Positions 10,927 through 24,200 are shown, counted from the whole stretch's first letter. The stretch is DNA of 63,481 nt, filler included, from Perkinsus chesapeaki ATCC PRA-425 (GCA_013115145.1; 13 parts of 13 records of this genome joined end to end with filler, not necessarily neighbours in it), one strand, 5' to 3'. Numbers and translations are program-made. Notes: a model not told the origin generated them from the letters alone.

Positions 10927-13620
10927 CTAAGCTACCCTAACATCAAAATTACTATCGTATATGTATGTAAAATTGCTTTGTTGTTGAACCGCTATATCTT
11001 GTCCGTTGTGACAAGTTGAGCGGTTCCCAGCCCATCGACCTGACCTCATTTGTCTCTGCACTTTATCGAATCTAACGTTGAGACAGGCAGGTTCTAAGGG
11101 TACTATCTTGTCGTTCATATAGTCCTTCCCTTCTACTCTGCGACCGTCTGAGGTCTTCCGCCACTGGTGGTAGACGTCCTTATGGACCATTAGGCTGAGT
11201 TTGGTTCCTCTCGGCAGCAAACTGCGGAAGAGATCGGAACGCCAAGTGCTCGGATACACCTGAAAGCGTTACTTGTTCGGCATCGCTTGAATAGGTTCTT
11301 GTCTGTCTTCATTCGGGGTTGGTCGTCTGTGATGTCTAAACACGGTAGCGTTGTCTACTGCATTTGTAGGGTATCACAGTGCTCTCTCTCTGGTCATTCT
11401 CTTGTTGTTGCTCTGATCACAGAGTTTCCAGCAGTATTTGCCTTTTGTTGGCGGCGCCGGCAGGTGTATTATTTCATTCAGTATATTTAGCACAGTATGG
11501 TACGGTCACGATGGGCGGCACGTAAGGCGAGCTCAGAGAGCAGCCCCCAGAATCTCAGGGAGCGGGCCGTGAAGCTGGCGCACAACTCACATACGTATTC
11601 CTCGTGTAATCCGAGGCGACTGGTAATATGGAATCTGGAGAGGATAGAATAGCATTTGGACCTTACCCTTGTGAAGGAGGGTTGCGTTAGGCTGATTAGG
11701 TAGCGCCTTAAAGTCTTCGAAGGTCTCTGATATATGATCATTATCGATAGGATAACTGTTAGACGTGAAAGATAAGATTGGTGCAGCAAAACATGCGCTT
11801 TATTTTCGAACTAGAAATTTTCACTTGTAACTCTTTGAAATACTCCTGGGTGTATTTCTATCGGGAACTCAGATAGTAGCCCGTGCATGGCTCGTGTGCT
11901 ATCTCAACTGTGAAACATGGCCGCAGATTGGCGGCAGTGTTGAGCAATCTTAGTAGTTAGCGACTTGTCAGGTTCTACAACCCAGAGAGCCCGTCGCGGA
12001 GTTGGCCCGAAACTACCTCTTGGAAAATCCCTCCAAACAGCCAGTGTAGCATTGCATAGTCGAAGCACTTCTTATTATAGCATTCGTTAGGCACGGCAAC
12101 ACAGAGCTAGTTCGGAAGGAAGTCGCATTCGTCGGGGATTGTCCCGATGCACGCTCGTCTATGCTTATGTTGCCGGCCATTAGTATCCGCGGCAACAACA
12201 GCATGGATTCATCGAGCAGAGGCAGCTCAAGTAAAGTTTGGCACAGTGCTAGGTAAGATAGTAAAACGATATTGCATCGCTCCTCCTATTTATACAAAGC
12301 TTGAGCTACTTCCAAAGAGGCTATCCTGAGACTTCGCTTCTTCACTGTAGATTATGGTGCATTTGTTTTCAGTTCGGCACCTACTTCGAAGTGCTCGGAA
12401 GAGGTCAGCCCGTCAGCGTCCACTGCAGTCAGCTCGTCCCTATGTGATCGCAGTTAAAAAAGATATATAACAGCGACAGGATACAAAAGAGCTGTTTTTA
12501 TACCATTACGTTGATGTTCTTGCTCATGATTATTTTCACTTGACGAACCGACAAACGTTGTTCGTATACCATAACCATCATCTGGATAGCGAATAATCTT
12601 CTTGATCTTCTATCCCACTAAGCTCTAGTATTTTTTGCTGATACCCAACATCAAAGCACTGTTGTTGCTTTCATTAGCTTAGTCTACTGTTCTCGGGATG
12701 CCTGGCACAGTAGTCGGTACAGTGAGCTATCATTATAATGTACATTTGGCGTTTTCTATATGATCCTTGGCGCGGATCTTGGTGTGGGATACTGAAGTTA
12801 AGCTTGGTGTCCAGCCTATTAAGCACGGTCAATATTCAAGTATCATGTCTCTTTGTTCTTTTGACTATCTATTGTCGGCCTTTACAATCGCTTAGGCGTC
12901 TCAGCCTCTTACACAGCATGAGGACTCGAGACCATAATAAGTTTTTCGACATTGATAGTTCAACCATCGAGATTATGTGCTCATTGCTTTGACGTGCTAA
13001 TTGCTCTGGACTATTATCATCACTGCCGTAGTTTGCATTTCTGGATTGCCTTAGTAGTTGTTCCCGTGCTTGCTGCACGGTGTAGCTATAAGTAGTCCTT
13101 GCAATATCATTTATCGTTCGCGACGACGATTATCTTGGAGGATCATTTGAGGTATAATTTTATATTCAAATATTTATCAAGGAGATTGTGACTGATTTGA
13201 TTGTCATTCGTAATCTCATTTTGCCCTTGTTGAAGGTCGGACGCTCGGTTTTTCTGCAGCATTCTAAGTGACGTTAAAGAAGTAGGCCTAAGGCCCATGT
13301 GTACCAACGCTGTATTCTCCTGTTGTGGGATCCATTCGTTTGCGCTTAAGGTGTAGCGCCTACAGTGGAGATTTGCTTGATACTTGACAGTGAGGTTGAA
13401 ACCATGGTCCGACAACTTATCCGTGTTGCGTTTGAAGTATGTGCGGGTTATAGTTCTGACTACAGAACTTAGCTTACGCCCGACTTATCCTTTTAGACGC
13501 TTCCCAATTGTAGTCACAATTGTGCGGATCACAAATCTAAAATGGCATTCAAGTGATATTTGGCCATATAGACTGGTGGTGATTAGTAGTAGAACTGTAC
13601 ACATACGCCACCGGTGTATA
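10927..13620 (-). CDS. Multi-exon hypothetical gene (possibly more than one gene); boundaries approximate
   Basis: Protein-like exons bounded by GT/AG: ICDPHNCDYNWEASKR, EVLRLCNATLAVWRDFPR, YPIDNDHISETFEDFKALP, FWGLLSELALRAAHRD, YPSTWRSDLFRSLLPRGTKLSLMVHKDVYHQW. No family recognised. Confidence 0.4.
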
Positions 13621-13774
13621 TGACATTAGTTAGTTTAGAACTGGCTGAGGAATCATTTTAGCAACAAAAGATTCTCTAAAATGAGAATCTGCTGCAAATG
13701 GGGACAGATTTTGTGACGAGCTACTGTAATTAGTTTCTTGATTTGTATACCTTAAATATCATATACCTTAAAAA

Positions 13775-14510
13775 ATGGTTATGTCTGCATCCTTATTAGC
13801 TGGTAAGACCCTCCTCAAACAGGACGGTAGCGCTGTTAGTGCTGATGATGTGATGCTCAAAAAGGACATCATTGCACTGTAAGCTTAGGCAGAGTATGAA
13901 GCTAGTAATTGCTATTGGACAGATATTTCGCTGCTCATTGGTGCCCAGACTGCACAGCATTCACTCCTACACTCAACAAGTTCTACGAGGTAAGATGCAA
14001 GTAGTCTTTTGCTGTCAAGTAAAGTCGGTTTATTAGGATGTTAAGGCTAAGGATCCCAACAAGTTAGAGATCGTTTTCGTTTCCAGCGATAAGTCGGAAA
14101 ACGAACAAGTAAGGAGATGAACGTAGTTGGTAAAGTTTATTTCCCTTCATTACAGGTTGCCTACCATCAGAACGACATGGCTGACTGGTTGCGCGTTCCG
14201 TTCAACGATAAGCGCACTCGTGCTATGTTAAAAAAGGAATATGGTGGGAAATCTTTGATAGCTGTATTGCTTAAGGTCAACTGTTCAGGCGTTTGCGCAA
14301 AGAAGGAGATGGATGATCTGGGAATGAGCGACTCCCAACGGAAGTCTGGCATCCCAACTCTTGTGGTAAGTTATTAAATTCCAATTACCACCGATAACTG
14401 TTCTCACGTCTGTTTAGGTACTGAGCAAAAATCGCAGAACAGTTAAGGTGTTCGACGCTGGAACTGACATAGAGAAATATGGCGATGCCGCTGTTGAGAG
14501 GTGGGAGTAA
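13775..14510 (+). CDS. Nucleoredoxin/tryparedoxin-like thioredoxin-fold protein (6 exons), active site WCPDC
   Basis: Spliced: MSASLLAGKTLLKQDGSAVSADDVMLKKDIIAL | YFAAHWCPDCTAFTPTLNKFYE | DVKAKDPNKLEIVFVSSDKSENEQ | VAYHQNDMADWLRVPFND...EY | GVCAKKE...SGIPTLV | VLSKN...VERWE*. All introns are GT-AG. Confidence 0.9.
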
Positions 14511-15019
14511 AATACACCACCACCATTATTGCAAGGCTCATTCGAGCTGTACACTGCGGCTGTCGAGAAACACACTCATCGCTTACTTGGACCTTTGTTC
14601 ATTGACGAGAACGGACTTCAGACTGCCGATTTCATGTTTATACGAATTGTGTTTATAGTCATACGGCTCACCAGGACATGACAATCCCCTAACAAGACGT
14701 AAGGTTAGTTTAATCACCGTGGTCTGATGAACACGGAAGACGGAGAAAGTCACGCCCGAACCTCAAGCCTGCGCGGAAGATTGCTAATAACAGATGAGCA
14801 CATAGTACTCGAAGGATCGTAAGCTCGGATACTCTATTACAGTGCAATAGGCGAAGATCAAATCGAGCACGAGTGAAACGCCGACCGACAACGGTTGCTG
14901 GGTGCGCCCCGTCGAAAACGGTTTTGGAAACGGTTCGATCGTTAGGGTAGATACTCGCAAGCGTATCAAGCGACTCTTGTCCAGTAGTTGCTCAGTGTCC
15001 AGTTGTTTGCATTTTCTCT

Positions 15020-16831
15020 ATGAGACTTCTAGCTTCCTTTGAGGCTCTACTATTGCTCCTATTCCCCCTCACGAGGGTAGTTCATGCAAAGCTGTCACTG
15101 CCGAGTAAAAATAAAAAGAAATGTAGTGTACATTCAAGATGGACTCGGCGCTTATATGATTGGTTCAGGGGAGCACAAAGTGATAGCTGCTGCCGCGGGT
15201 GTCAATTATGACTATTACGCTAACGGCAACGGTAAAGTGAAGTCAAATGGCAAGTCCGATTGTTATGGAAAATGGGAAGATGCCCAGATCTACGGAGCCC
15301 GACAGAAGAAGATTAAACAGTAGGGCTACTCCCGAATCTTTCCGGTGTGGTAGGATGTCTTGTCAGGTTCTGCGTACGGCTCCATGAGAGATACCAGGAT
15401 GATGCTGGATATGAGACTATCCCACTCGATAATAGTAGGCTAACCGCGGGTCAGTTTCAACAGCGACAAGTTTAGAGATGCAATGTATTCTCGATCCAAA
15501 CGATGATGGTAACGATCATGGCCGGAAGGACCGCGATTGGCTGTAAGACTTCAATCTTGTCTTGCTGCGAGTTTATTGTGTTCAGATGCTACCAGAGTAA
15601 CCCTTCTCATATAGCCTTGCCTCCACATGGTCCATCGCTTAATGAGACTTGCCGATCTGATAGTCCCCAGTTCAATGCCCTCTTCTGTATCAGTCCTAGG
15701 CTTTTTCTTGCGTCGGACCATGTTATCTTAGGGTACCCCACCGATAGTCCACCAGAGTGGTGTCCCTACAACTGGTATGAGAAGAAACAAGTCTGCTGGT
15801 GTATTCCCGGATTCTATCGGGATTCTCCTTATGACACGACACTGCAGAAGAGGTACACTCCCACGTCGAGCATCGAATCATCGCGGCAGTCTCTTTCCTT
15901 GTTACGCTCTTAGGGGGTGTCCAGAAAAGGAGGTTTTTATTGTGCCGAAGTTCATCACGCGAAGCGCATGGTTGGACCTCCAAACAACTACCACTACAAC
16001 AACCACAACAACGAGTACAACGACAACGACCACCACAACTACTACTACGACGACAACTACGACGACCACGACCACTACGACAAGCACGACTACTACCAAG
16101 CCCAGTACCAGCAGTACAACAACGCGGTCAACTACCGCTTCGGTCTCGAAGACGACAACAGGACGACGATGCATCTGTCCTGATCGCAAGCCTCTACCGT
16201 CAGTGTATCCCACAACTGCTCCCCGCACCACTAGCAGACCTACTGGTGACAAGACCGTTGCACGTGATGGAGATTCTCGTGTTGGTGCTCCCGCTACAAC
16301 ACCGGTGAACATTGAGACAGGTAGGGTTTTTCTCTTTTTTAAGCACTGAACTCGAGTTTTCAGACCCTTTAGACTGCGGGGAGCATGGAGCTTGGTCTGC
16401 AGTGGCTTTGGCTTGCATTTGTGGAGAAGGATGGATAACAGACGAAGCTGATGAGTAATTGACTTCCTGCTCTGCGACTTTAACCTTGATATGTTTCAGG
16501 TTCCCTTGCAGCTCCAAGGTTGGCGAAGTAAGGCCTATTCGATATATAGAGGCGACTAACTTACTTCTGACTTTCAGTCGAAGCTCTCTTCCAGCAAGAA
16601 GGAGTCAGGAGGCGGGGGCGTGGCACTCGCCATCATTTTAGTTATTCTTGTTATCTGTGCGGGAGCTGTGATAGCGTAGGTTACACGCCATAGGTCGGTG
16701 TCTCTATGATTGAGTGTTTCAGGTGGAGGTATTTCCGTTTGAGGGGAATGCCATATTCCTGGGCCTTCTGGAAGCTTCCTAGGTTCTCGTCGCATTCGCG
16801 CTCGATGAGTTTCGCACCTGGAAGGTTTTAA
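15020..16831 (+). CDS. Type I membrane mucin-like protein: signal peptide, Cys-rich domain, poly-Thr stalk, EGF-like module, TM, short tail (copy 1)
   Basis: Signal MRLLASFEALLLLLFPLTRVVHA; exons YGKWEDAQIYGARQKKIKQ, CILDPNDDGNDHGRKDRDW, PEWCPYNWYEKKQVCWCIPGFYRDSP; Thr run; DCGEHGAWSAVALACICGEGW; TM GVALAIILVILVICAGAVIA; ends GRF* at 16831. Confidence 0.85.
15984..16100 (+). repeat. (ACN)n threonine-codon repeat (mucin stalk)
   Basis: Run of ACA/ACT/ACC/ACG codons. Confidence 0.95.
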
Positions 16832-17457
16832 GAGCAAGTTGAACGTCGAGTGCGCATATATAATTTAACATTGCCGTGGTGAAGCATCAGAGTAGCTCTG
16901 CTTGTGCGTCGATGCTTAACTGTAAATTCTATAATTCTCATGCAACTATTGCTACCCATGAGGCTTTTAAAGTATGAAGTAACTTTCATTACTTAACCAT
17001 TTACCCCATCTTGATGTATGTTGCGTTACGATGGTATTAGCGGGAAGCTAAAGAAGTGCACCACCTGCAGTGGGTGGTCTGCTACAATAGGACTCTCTGT
17101 GACATTACTCATTATGAGATAGAACTACGCGTCACTGCGGTTGAATGTTTTTCGAATGACTAACCCCATGCTGTAGGCTTCATGCTCAATCTACCAGAAC
17201 GGACACACGGCATGCATTTGAAGCATTTTTTCACACGGCATTTTTTGTTTTGCTGGGGGGTCGTCGGGGCCATATACCAAGTCACAATGTTATCAAAGTC
17301 TCCCACTGCGTCCATAGAAATTAAGGTCATGCCGTCGTCGACCTTTCAAAACCTTTCCACTGAAACGGTTATAGAAACGGTTGACACGGTTCTGATGAAT
17401 CGCTTGTGCATAATTAGAGCTCTTGTTAGTGTTTGTTGGCTCGGCTTTATGTTCATT

Positions 17458-18432
17458 ATGCAAATATTCCCGCATAGGTTTGCGCTGGTGGCTAGCCTTC
17501 TATTACTGCGGTTCTGTCGCGGTCTGACGCTGCCGAGCAAAGCTAAAAAAAGATGTGAGAACGTGCTCCAAAAACTGAGGAGGGGTTGCTACTGGTCTTC
17601 TTATGCTTAGGGGAACCCAAAGTGCTGGCTGCCTCGGCGGGTGTCGATTATAACCACTTTGCCAATGGCAATGGTGTGGTGAGACACAATGGTAAATCTG
17701 ACTGCTATGGAAAATGGAAGGACGCGGAAATCTACGGAGCCCGACAGAAGAAGATAAAACAGTGGGTTTATGACGATTCATAGCAACATGACGACCTCTC
17801 TGTACAGGTACTGTGTGCGGCTCCATGAAAAGCACCAGGATGATGCTGGCTACACTGGAATTCCCAGAGAGAAAAGTGAGTGTTCAAATTAACAGCTCAA
17901 AGAGTGACCCACGGACTAATGTAGATATGCATTGCATACTTGACCCGAATGATGATGGCAACGATCACGGGCGGAAGGACCGTGATTGGTTGTAGGCGAT
18001 CCTAGTGTGAGTATTAGAGATATTCTCCTACTCAGGTGCTACCCCAGAAAGACCTCCTATGTTGCTCTACCGCCATATGGTCCGCCTCTTAATGAAAGTT
18101 GTCGACCTGATAGTCCTCAGTTCAATGCTCTTTTCTGTACTACGAAGCCACTGATGGTAAGTCATGTTCATCTTACCTTTTCTTAGGGTACCCCACTGAC
18201 AGTCCACCGGAATGGTGCCACTACAACTGGTACGAAAAGAGGCAGGTCTGCTGGTGTATTCCCGGCTACTATAGAGATTCCCCTCATGACACGACTCTAC
18301 ATAAAAGGTGCACCGATTGGCCAGAACAAACTGAATCCCTGTTGTTTCTTAGGGGATGCCCTAAGAAAGAGATATTTATAGTGCCGAAATTCGTGCGATG
18401 GAGCGAATGGGTAGACCTCCAGACAACCACGA

Positions 18433-18466
<34 letters not shown>

Positions 18467-19240
18467 AACAACAACCACTACTACAACTACAACTACTAAA
18501 ACCACATCCACAACCACAACTACAACCACAACTACGACCTCGACTACAACGCCCACTTCGACCACCACGACTGTCCCTCAAACGTCCACACAGTTTACTA
18601 TCATCGGTCCTTCTCCGACTAGGTGCACTTGCTCGCCGCGTGGGTCTGCTGTCAAACCCGCATCGTCAACAGCCACTTCTGACACGCGCCAAGGTGACCT
18701 TGGTGCCGTAAATGGAAGAAGTGGTTCTCCGACAGCAACTACTGGGCGGCCACCAAAAGGTGAAGTACTTTGAATCCCGAGTATTATGAGCATCTCTTCA
18801 GGCCTCGTTGACTGTGGAGAGCATGGAGCCTGGTCGGCTCTAAAAGGGTTCTGCATATGCAATGACGGCTCGGAAACCCTGAGGTTAGTTTTACTTTTTT
18901 GCAGTTTGTGTACGTTTAAATGTAGGCCTTGCAAAGAAATCAATTCCGATTCCGGCAGTCCAGTAAGCTATTGCATCTAGCGCAAAGGGATTATCGATCC
19001 AATTTTCCACCGTAGGGCTCAACGATTTCCTCGAAGGACGATTCCCCGGGCAACGCAGGTGTTGGTCTACTCATTTTGCTGGCGATTGTTGTACTTACGC
19101 CGGCGTGCTACTTCATGTGAGTTCTTATCGCTGCGTGGATTTAGACCGATGTCGCCTTTGTCAGTTGGAGACGTATCGCTTCGCACGGTGTAGCCTCTCT
19201 ACGGTCGGGGTCTAGCAGCTTCATGCCTCAGCGATTCTGA
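17458..19240 (+). CDS. Type I membrane mucin-like protein, tandem paralog (copy 2)
   Basis: Signal MQIFPHRFALVASLLLLRFCRG; matching exon series (YGKWKDAEIYGARQKKIKQ; CILDPNDDGNDHGRKDRDW; PEWCHYNWYEKRQVCWCIPGYYRDSP); Thr run; DCGEHGAWSALKGFCICNDG; TM GVGLLILLAIVVLTPACYFI; ends QRF* at 19240. Confidence 0.85.
18423..18570 (+). repeat. (ACN)n threonine-codon repeat (mucin stalk)
   Basis: Run of ACT/ACA/ACC codons, including an (ACT)n stretch. Confidence 0.95.
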
Positions 19241-19857
19241 GTTGATTTATAATTGAATGACTCGTAGAATGTTTCAAGCTACATCTCTACAACTAATTCT
19301 CGTCGAGTATTCTCCATGCTGTTCTTTGCCACCAACATTTAGAGGCGGTAAATGTGAATAATGATGTTCCACGTGGAGTATGAAGTACATTTCATCACTT
19401 CTTCATTTTATAAAAGTTCTTGATTTTGTTGAGTTAAGAACAGTCAGGCAATAAGTGCACGGCGATCATTGGTCAACTTACCGCAGCTATGAGTGGAAAA
19501 ACCTGAAGCATTCTAGTGGGAATTATAATCTGTTGTACGAGACTTCCTGAAGTCTTCTTGCGTTACTCGTGATGATCTTTTATCTTTTTTGGTTGTACGA
19601 TTAAACTTATTGGTCACCTCTTGGTGTTGAACTTAAATCTCTGAGCGCTAGGCTCGCATTGAGCGACTTGTATCACGTCGCTCGTGACAATGGGTCGCTT
19701 TGCGAGGCATTGATCATACCGCGTGAGGTGGGACTTTAACTTGAACAAAACTCGATCAATGCTGGATATTTTGGTATTAAACAGCAGCCCTGGAACGTTG
19801 GTCATACCTGGTAGAGGGAGGGCAGAAACAATAGGTTCCCTGGTACTTGTGATTTTC

Positions 19858-21145
19858 TTACGCGACCCTGTTAAATTGAGGACCGGTTAACGCCATGAAG
19901 TCCTCGGCAGCGAATACTTCAGTCGCCGGGCCTGCCCGGGTGCCGGCTTCGTCTCGAAGGTCGCTCACACTAGGACTGTCCACCGCATTGGGATCTGGAT
20001 CATTGTACCTGTAAGTCAGGAGACATGGTGGCGTTCAGGACATAAATATGCTCACCGTGGGCTGAAGTGGGTAAGTGCCAAAACTTTAGCGCCACATAGA
20101 CTGGCAAACTCGCCCGCCATTGCAGCGGTTGAGTGACCGAATTCAATTGCCTTTTCTCTCATCTTGTCGTGGTATGTGCACTCGTGGATAAGCAGGTCAG
20201 GCTGGTTGAGGTAAGGTAGTGCCTCGGAACCTAACATTCTAGAATGGAACACGTGAAAGCCTTAGGAACATACTGTCACAAGTGTCCTGGAGTACAGCAA
20301 TCGTCCGGCCCTTTGTGGTTTTCCCGAGCACGTGGACCGCTCTGATAACCGTACCTAGCAAGACCGCGCACAAACAGTCATCAACAGGTGAAAGGCACAC
20401 CACTAATCGCCAGAGCTCACCATCGGTCAAAGTAACGTCTCGACCCTCCTTGAGCTCCCCGAACTGGGGGCCCCGAGCTCCCATTTGAGCCGCTAAAGCA
20501 GCATTCAACGCTCCCGGCTTGTCAGGTTCAGTGAAAACCTGCATCGGAGACAATTTAGTATCAATGGCGCGATAAGTACGGCGGCCTCACATATCCTAAG
20601 GTCGGCAGTCTATGCTTTAGTGGGCAAGCGTCAACAGTAACATCTCCGCTGTTTATGGTGAAGTGGGAGTGTTGTTCTGGGTCAAGCTCCACCACACGGA
20701 GCTCGTACCTATCAAAAACTAAACTGCACTTTCGTAAGAAGGACAACTTTACCCACTCCAGCCCCCGGATAAAGCAAACACTGTCTCGATCATCGTTTTG
20801 ATGCCTCTGGGACCGTAGACTGTAATAGGCTCGGTGCGTTCGCCCATACAGCAAGAGTGAAGTAAGCCGAAAATGCCGTAGCAATGATCACCGTGGAGAT
20901 GTGTTATGAAGATGTCATCAACCTTGGTCAACTTTACCTTAGACAGCATTAACTGATGTTGCGTTCCTTCACCGCAGTCTACCAGTATCTAAGCACGAGC
21001 GTGTGGCACCTAGAGCACCGGTCTTGTGTCTCACAGAACGGCCAGTCCTGAGGGTTATCACTAGGGAGCTGACGTTCCGCCGACCTGGTTGTGGGACTCC
21101 GCTGCTAGTGCCGAGGAACACCACCTGCTCGAAGAACGAGGACAT
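19858..21145 (-). CDS. rnz: Ribonuclease Z, short form (tRNase ZS, ELAC1/rnz type), multi-exon
   Basis: VVFLGTSSGVP...RNVSS; LVDCGEGTQHQL; IFITHLHGDHCYG (HxHxDH); LKHRLPTLGY; exosite arm GARGPQFGELKEG; QDTCD; LIHECTY; GHSTAAMAGEFA; LALTHFSPR. Confidence 0.92.
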
Positions 21146-21232
21146 ACCTTGTGAGCAAGGAAACACGGAGGACTGTGAACCACGGCGAAGCTTCCCATTT
21201 GGCGCATAAAAACACAAGAAAAGATATGGTGG

Positions 21233-24200
21233 TCACTTGCAGCTACGTCTGGGGTCCAGTTGCATCGTTAACACTTGTCCATGCACTTTCAATGCCGCAA
21301 GGCGACCGACGCTGGGCTCGCCAGTCGTCGGGCATTCGACCTCCCACACGACAACATCGCCCTCACTGGTGCCAGCAAGAAGGAGACAATGTCGTTTTGT
21401 ATCGCCCTTCTTCGGGCCTCGCAGAGCCACATCGCGGACAGTGTCTTCATGAATGCCATACCCCAGTACGCGATGCTTTCCGTTGGTTAAGTCAACTTCC
21501 ACTACAGAAACCTGGCTGCAGCAGATGGACCACTACTGAGCGGAGGTGGTCACCTACCTGACCGTCGTCCATACCGATGGCCGTGATAAAGGAGACATCG
21601 TCAATTCGAGCCACAGCGATGCAAAGAATTCTATTAGTGACTTGAATGGTAGTTAAGCGGTTTCCAGTAAAGTCTCCAATCCAGAGTTGCTGGGCTTTGG
21701 CAGTGAGCACCACTTGGCTTTCCTACGGACAGTTATGAATACTCCAGGTGACCTGTAATGGATTCCTGACTCCTAACATGGCCAATGTGTGCGGCTGGTA
21801 GTGTGGCCTTGCTGGCGACCCCGTTGTTTGTGGGATGTGCTTGCCGAGCATAGCGTAACCCTTGAGCTTGGCGGCTGCAAAACCACCGAGCCAACCTAAG
21901 AGGGTCTAGGTAGTCTGCTGGGATCGCGCGTTATGCCGGTCACCTCCTAGTTGCGGCGATCTCTGAGAAATATTTTTGATGCCATCGAATGGCGGGACTA
22001 CGTGGACCTAATGATGGCAATGCCGAAAATGTCGGCATCAAGTGCTACTTTAATCAGCGAGGCGTCGTTATACCGCCAAACGAGCAAAGTACCTTCGAGC
22101 AATCTGCCTACAATGTAGAAGCGGCTCATAGCCAACACGTGTAAAGAGGATGCCTCGGTAGACCCACAGGTAACCTCTTCAACACCTGCCTCGTGAGACA
22201 CTTCGAGCAGTATAAGGCTGGAGCCGCTTGTCGCCGCACAGATGAACTTGTCCCAGGCTGCCAGACAAGTGAACCATTGACCGTGGAGCGAGCTTGGCAT
22301 AGTGAAGAGGCCTCTCGTGGGCCCGAAAATATCAATTCTCTTTCCGTCTCTACTCAGCGTTACGAACATTAGTGTTCCACTGTGGGACCATGTTGTTGCT
22401 GCGGCAGCGTCAGGCCGTGGACCTCCCTTGCCGCCTGGGCCAGCTAGATCCATAATGTCTAAAGTTGGTTGGTCTATTCTACAGGTGAATACTCGGCTCG
22501 ATGTCACGATGACAGCAGATCGCCTTCCATCATGGAACCTAGTATTGTGGTCTATCGTGCACCAGGCGGCTCCTGCCCATCCACAGTGTGGGCAGTCAAC
22601 CGAGCGCAGATCACACTCCTTCTCCTTGTGCTCTGAAAGGGTATCCCTCGGGCCTGTCCAAAAGCATCCCCTTCGACCGCAGCACACAGCCGACTTCGGA
22701 CAGACATGTGTCTTGGAAAAATCTTCAAATACCCCTGTCGCGAAGCACAGAGGGCACGTTACTTTTCGGAGGTGGCACACCGAACCCTCATGGCGTGGTA
22801 GTTCTAAGGGGCTTCCTCGCCACCCACAACCATAGCTGCAGCTCGGCCCGTTCGCCTTGAACCACCCATCGACCTCCCTAAGGAGCTGCTGGTTCATACG
22901 GAGACGCCGCGCAGCCTCTACTGCACCAGTTGCATCATGCTCGCTCATGCATATCCTAAGGTCGAGTTCAATAGCGAGTTCTCGAAGCCTCAGCGAGCGA
23001 CATTCGGTGATGATTGCACGTCTCCGAGCGACAAGAGCCGACCATTCTGGTGTGGCAACGGATGGCCAAAGATCGGGGAAAGGTGCCAAGCACAGGAGAA
23101 GTCGAAAGACGGTCATCTCGTGATCGACTTGGCTAAGTATAGTAGGCAGCTCTTCGTTGCCAATCACAGTGGTCACGAACGCTTTACGCGTATCAGCATC
23201 GAAGGCGCCACACGCAGCGATAGCAGTTACCGCTCGAGCCCAGTGAATTGTTACGTGGCATCTCCTGAGCAGAGCAGCAACCGACGGAAGTCGCTGGGCA
23301 GGAATACAAGCAGCGCCATTGGCGATGCAAGCTAATAGGAGGCCCTCTTGGTGAGCACACCCCTGAGATGCTTCAAGCTGGTCTATCACTGCCTCTACGT
23401 TGCTCGACTGTGAGCTTATCGCTTCTACCACACCAGGGAGTTGCAAAAACACCACGGGAGTAGTTTCTAGGGACTTTATCTGTCCAACTGTGAAGTTCTC
23501 GGAAAAGCCGCACCAAAGGTCAGGCTGGTGTCCGAACACGGCAGGACAGCAAATGACATACAAGTAGCCGGATTCGACGCCACCCGGTGAAAGGAACTCT
23601 TTCGGGGCAACATAGCCGAGAGATACCACTAGAGCAATCGTTCTGGCGCTGGCGGTGGAGCTCTTGAGGATCAGCGGTAAGGTTGATTGTGAACACAGAA
23701 CAACCGAAATGTCAGGATGTGATGCTTTGAGCTTCAACTGAAGATCCAAAACGGACGCCAAGGACACTTCGTCTGAAGGATCGAAGGCTAGGACAACCTC
23801 CTGCGAGTCAAGCTGGTGTGATTTCGCAAGCGTCTTGTCTGGGATGTACGTCGCGATAGATCTCACTGCGGCAACAGGGCCGTAGTGATGGAAGTAAGGC
23901 ACTATGGAGGATCGAGTGCACAGCTCTGGACTAATCTCGCGTGCCAGAAGGCGGGCGCTCCACAGAACAACGAGGTTAGGCCGATCGAAGAGAGCGGGAA
24001 CGATCGGGTCCTGGGTCCAGCAGGGAGCCGCACCGATGATAACAACACACTTGGCCAGGTCAGCTGCTTTCAGCAGGCAGGACTGCTTCCTGGCTATAAA
24101 TTTCTCGAGCTCTTCAGAAGAACCGCTTGGGGTTTCATCAGACCTTTGCCTGTCTACTTTTTCAATGTGAGCCAGCAAGCATCTTACAGGCTCGGTGTAA

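Noticed and set aside
11480-11560. FWGLL as a STELLO/DUF288 glycosyltransferase signature
   Set aside because: The following residues do not match the expected R..DIWR motif; five residues are not enough.
15902-16312. Poly-Val, poly-Asn/Asp and poly-Ser ORFs overlapping the Thr runs (also 18284-18581)
   Set aside because: These are alternative-frame and antisense shadows of the (ACN)n mucin repeat.
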